Position numbers and translations under genes: made by a program. A stretch of DNA of 64,000 nt from Candidatus Marinacidobacterales bacterium (GTDB lineage: Bacteria > Acidobacteriota > Vicinamibacteria > Marinacidobacterales > SMYC01), in the NCBI GenBank assembly GCA_965224085.1, contig CBDCYI010000005.1:960001-1024000 (forward strand), in the 5' to 3' direction. Of the stretch, positions 60,775 to 64,000 are shown piece by piece. The notes beneath the pieces were generated by a model. The model was not told the DNA's origin, made no database searches, and worked only from the letters and a program-made list of their open reading frames with translations. Every line of letters starts with the position of its first letter. Position 1 is the first letter of the stretch.

Positions 60775-60937
60775 AAAGATCAATATTAGGAAAAGCGTAA
60801 GGCAAAGGCGCGAAGAAAAAAAAGAGAGGGGAGCAGATTCGAGGGTTTGTCTGGATCGGCCTACGTAATCTCAGGGTTGCGAAACGAGTCTTTGCGCCTT
60901 GCGCCTTTGCGTTACGCTCTTTTTATTGTTGATCTTT
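60775..60937. repeat. MITE-like imperfect inverted repeat
   Basis: AAAGATCAA..AGCGTAAGGCAAAGGCGCGAAGA versus TCTTTGCGCCTTGCGCCTTTGCGTTACGCT..TTGATCTTT, about 70-nt spacer. Confidence 0.7.
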
Positions 60938-60951
60938 TCAGCCTCCAGTGT

Positions 60952-63900
60952 CTAAGGGGCCGAGGCCATCGCTTCGGCCGGCGCCTCGTCTCCTTCGACG
61001 AAGTTGACCGAAACGAGCTTCGAGATTCCTGGCTCTTCCATCGTGATACCGAAGAGGTGGTCCGCCGTCTCCATCGTCTTGCGGTGATGGGTGATGATGA
61101 TAAATTGCGTCGTATCCCGAAGCTCGCCCACCATATTGATGAAGCGGCCGACATTGGCGTCGTCGAGCGGTGCATCCACCTCGTCGAGAAGACAGAAAGG
61201 AGACGGCCGATAGCGGAAGATCGCGAACAAAAGCGCAATGGCGGTCATCGCTTTCTCGCCGCCCGACAATAGCAGCACGTTTTGGAGTGTCTTGCCGGGT
61301 GGCTGAGCGATGATGTCGATGCCGCTCTCGACAGCATTCTGCTCGTCCACGAGCCGCAAGCCGGCGCTGCCACCACCGAAGAGCTGGCGAAACGTTACGG
61401 CAAATTCTCGATTGATGATCTCGAAGGCTTCTTGAAAACGCTGGCGGGACGTGCGGTCGATGCGGCTAATCGCCGTCTCGGTGCTCTCGATGGAGTCGAG
61501 GAGATCCTGTCGCTGCTTCGTGACGAAATCGTGGCGGGTCGCGAGCTCGCGATATTCTTCGTCCGCCATCGGATTGACGGGACCGATGGCATCGATCTTC
61601 GTCTTGAGCTCCTTGAGCTCCACATGAATCTCGTCATCGTCGCGCAGAAGCTCGACGGGGGTGAGCAGACCGGCCGCGTCCTGAAACGACATGGCAAAAG
61701 CACTCTCGAAGCTCTCCTTCAAATGTTTAAGCTCCGACTCTTCCTTCGCGAGGTCGACGGCTTCGCGCGAGCGCCACTCGCGCACTTCCTCGAGCTCGCT
61801 CCGCCGCGCCTTGAGAGCGGCTTCCGTCGTCTCGAGCCGCTCGCGCAAATCCAAAACAAGGGTCTCGAGCTTGCGCACGAAGCCTTCTTTGACGCCGCGC
61901 GAGGCGACCGAGGACTTCAGATGCTGTTCCGCCGTCACGACGGCTTCGCCGAGTTGCTCTTTGCGGTTCGTCAAGCTTTCTCGCTCTCGGCCGTTTCTTT
62001 CGACGCGCACCCCGAGCTCCGCGGCACCTTCCCTGAGGCGCTCCACATCGACGCGCACCGCGTCAAGGCGTTCCTTCAACGCGGCGAGCCTCGAGGCTTC
62101 TTCGGCGGCACGGACTTGGAGCTCTTCCACGCTCGAGCGCCGCTCGGCGAGCTCGCCGCGCAACGCGTCGAGATTGTCTTCCTCTTCCGCTTTCTGCTTC
62201 TCTTCGACGTCGAGAGTGGATTCCATCTCGGTGCGTTTGGCCGCAAGCGTCGCGCGTTCGGATTCCGCGCGGGCGCGCTCCCCGGCGAGAACGTCCTGCT
62301 TACGCTCGAGCTGCTCGTTCTCCTCCACGAGCTGATCTCTTTTGTGCTCGAGGCCGACCAGTTTTTTTTCAAGATCGTGCTGCTGATCGCCTACGCTCAG
62401 AAGCCGGCTCGACACACGTTCGAGCTCGATCTTTCGCCCCCCGCGGCGACCGGTGGCCACGTCGAGTCGACCCTTGGCCTCCGCGACCGCCTCGTGCAGC
62501 TCGCGAATCTCGCGTTTGGTTTGAAGCAGACCTTCGCTCGCTCCACCGGGACCGATGCCGACGACCCCGAAAGGAGTCACGACTTCGCCACCCAACGTGA
62601 CGTAAGACGCTTGCTTCTCCCGATAACAGCTGAGCGCGTGTTCGAAATCCTCAACGACGATCGCGTCGGGAAGAGGCGCCGTTTGCGACGTCCAACTCAC
62701 GAACTCGCTCAAGCGCCCAACGATCCCGGAGAGTCCTCGCGCTCGAAGTGTGGAAATCACCTTCGCTAGATCGGGCAGAGGCGAGTAGGGTAGGGATTCG
62801 ACGAGAAGCTCGGAACGTTCTGCATCCTGTTCTTCTCGAAGCAGCTCTCGGGCGCGACGGACGTCGTCTTCGCTTTCGACCCGGATTCTTTGGAGCGCCG
62901 TGTCGAAAAACGCTTCCGCGGCACGCTCGAAACGCTCTTCGACCTCGAGGGCATCGGCGACGGAGCCTTTCACCCGCACACCGTGCGCCGCCCCGCGAGA
63001 CAGAAGCAGCCTAGCGCCGCTTCCGAAACGGGCCCGCGCCGAAACGAGCTCCTGGAGCGACGTCAGCCGCGCCGAAAGCCCGGAGAGCGCTTCCTTTTCA
63101 GAAACCATGCGCGCGTCGAGCGCTTCGAGCTGCTCTCGCGCGGCAGACGCCTGTGCTTCGAGTTCGCTGCGCTCATCGGCGAGCGTCGCCCCTGCTTTTT
63201 CTTGCGCATCGAGCTCGCCTTTGGTCTCGCCGAGCATCGATTCGAGACGGGACCGCTCGGCTTCGACCTCACGCGCCTCCTCAGAGAACTTCAGGAGCTC
63301 CGCCGAGACTTTGTCTGCATTCGCGAGCACGCCTTGAAGAAAATTGTGTAAGGCGGCGATCTTGCTGATGCGATGCACGATTTCGGAGCGGCGCTCTTCG
63401 ATTTTCGACTCGATGTCCGCGAGGGACAAGCTCGCCTCTTTCAGAAGGCCTTGTTGCTTTTGAGTCCGCTCTTCCCGCCCTTCGAGCTCCCCGCTCAGCG
63501 CCGTTTCCGCTTGTTGGCGCGTTTGAAGCTGCTCGAGCACCGGTCCTCGACGGGCGTCGAGCTCTCTCCTTTCCGTCTCGAGCTGGCCGCGTCGCTCGTC
63601 GAGCTCAACGAGCTGGCCTTTGTGGCGCACGATGGATTGGTCGAGACGCTCGATGGTGAGCTCGAGTTGATGCAAAGCCTCACGCGCATCGGTCAAAGCA
63701 ACTTCACCATCCGCTTGGGCGAGACGGGTACGTTCGAGGTAGCCCTCGGCGATGGTGAGACTCGTCGAGCGGCGCAGCTCCTCGTCGGAAATTTTGGCGA
63801 GGCGCGCGCGGAAGCGTTTGAGCGTTGTCTTCTGCAGCTCCGCGCGCTTGACGGAAAAGATTTTCTCGAGACGATCCATCGCCTCTCGAAGACGATTGTA

Positions 63901-64000
63901 ACGGCGTGCTTTGCCAGCTTGGCGCTTCAAAGAGCTCATCTGGCGCGTGATCTCGTACACGATGTCGTTTACACGCAAAAGATTCTGCTGGGCCGCCGAG
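60952..64000 (-). CDS. smc: Chromosome segregation protein SMC (5' end outside window)
   Basis: Long coiled coils, hinge, IGPVN, LLSGGEKA, LLDEVDAPLD, QFIIITH. Confidence 0.95.
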   Translation of the reverse strand, partial: SAAQQNLLRVNDIVYEITRQMSSLKRQAGKARRYNRLREAMDRLEKIFSVKRAELQKTTLKRFRARLAKISDEELRRSTSLTIAEGYLERTRLAQADGEVALTDAREALHQLELTIERLDQSIVRHKGQLVELDERRGQLETERRELDARRGPVLEQLQTRQQAETALSGELEGREERTQKQQGLLKEASLSLADIESKIEERRSEIVHRISKIAALHNFLQGVLANADKVSAELLKFSEEAREVEAERSRLESMLGETKGELDAQEKAGATLADERSELEAQASAAREQLEALDARMVSEKEALSGLSARLTSLQELVSARARFGSGARLLLSRGAAHGVRVKGSVADALEVEERFERAAEAFFDTALQRIRVESEDDVRRARELLREEQDAERSELLVESLPYSPLPDLAKVISTLRARGLSGIVGRLSEFVSWTSQTAPLPDAIVVEDFEHALSCYREKQASYVTLGGEVVTPFGVVGIGPGGASEGLLQTKREIRELHEAVAEAKGRLDVATGRRGGRKIELERVSSRLLSVGDQQHDLEKKLVGLEHKRDQLVEENEQLERKQDVLAGERARAESERATLAAKRTEMESTLDVEEKQKAEEEDNLDALRGELAERRSSVEELQVRAAEEASRLAALKERLDAVRVDVERLREGAAELGVRVERNGRERESLTNRKEQLGEAVVTAEQHLKSSVASRGVKEGFVRKLETLVLDLRERLETTEAALKARRSELEEVREWRSREAVDLAKEESELKHLKESFESAFAMSFQDAAGLLTPVELLRDDDEIHVELKELKTKIDAIGPVNPMADEEYRELATRHDFVTKQRQDLLDSIESTETAISRIDRTSRQRFQEAFEIINREFAVTFRQLFGGGSAGLRLVDEQNAVESGIDIIAQPPGKTLQNVLLLSGGEKAMTAIALLFAIFRYRPSPFCLLDEVDAPLDDANVGRFINMVGELRDTTQFIIITHHRKTMETADHLFGITMEEPGISKLVSVNFVEGDEAPAEAMASAP

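Overview
GC-rich bacterial chromosome segment, most likely Acidobacteriota/Vicinamibacteria-like (inferred from PadR plus ADOP-type permease, 'GTRLGPY' Ser/Thr kinase starts and the 'PRTPWGDPDLQGVW' secreted family). Intact housekeeping genes (aspC start, coaD, rsmD, recG, coaBC, tRNA-fMet, cyclophilin, cobB, manA, manB, CYTH, smc) frame a heavily eroded accessory region. A decayed island follows tRNA-fMet (about 6.4-14 kb): integrase stub, IS21 end, ISKra4-like remnant, rmlC and a GT2 between inverted IS ends, IS200, HNH remnant. Next is a 9-gene ABC-uptake/catabolic operon (15.9-26.3 kb). IS1634, an integrase-carrying IS91-like element and IS6 lie further right. The most striking structure is a nested pair of non-autonomous elements: an ORF-deleted group II intron with intact-looking RNA ends (10611-11479, minus strand) sits 2 nt inside the terminal repeat of an internally deleted IS, and its putative EBS1 pairs with the conserved IS terminus. 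A second window-wide signal is many genes reduced to start-plus-end fusions by internal deletion, some in frame and still translationally coupled. All calls come from reading sequence and motifs; no searches were run.
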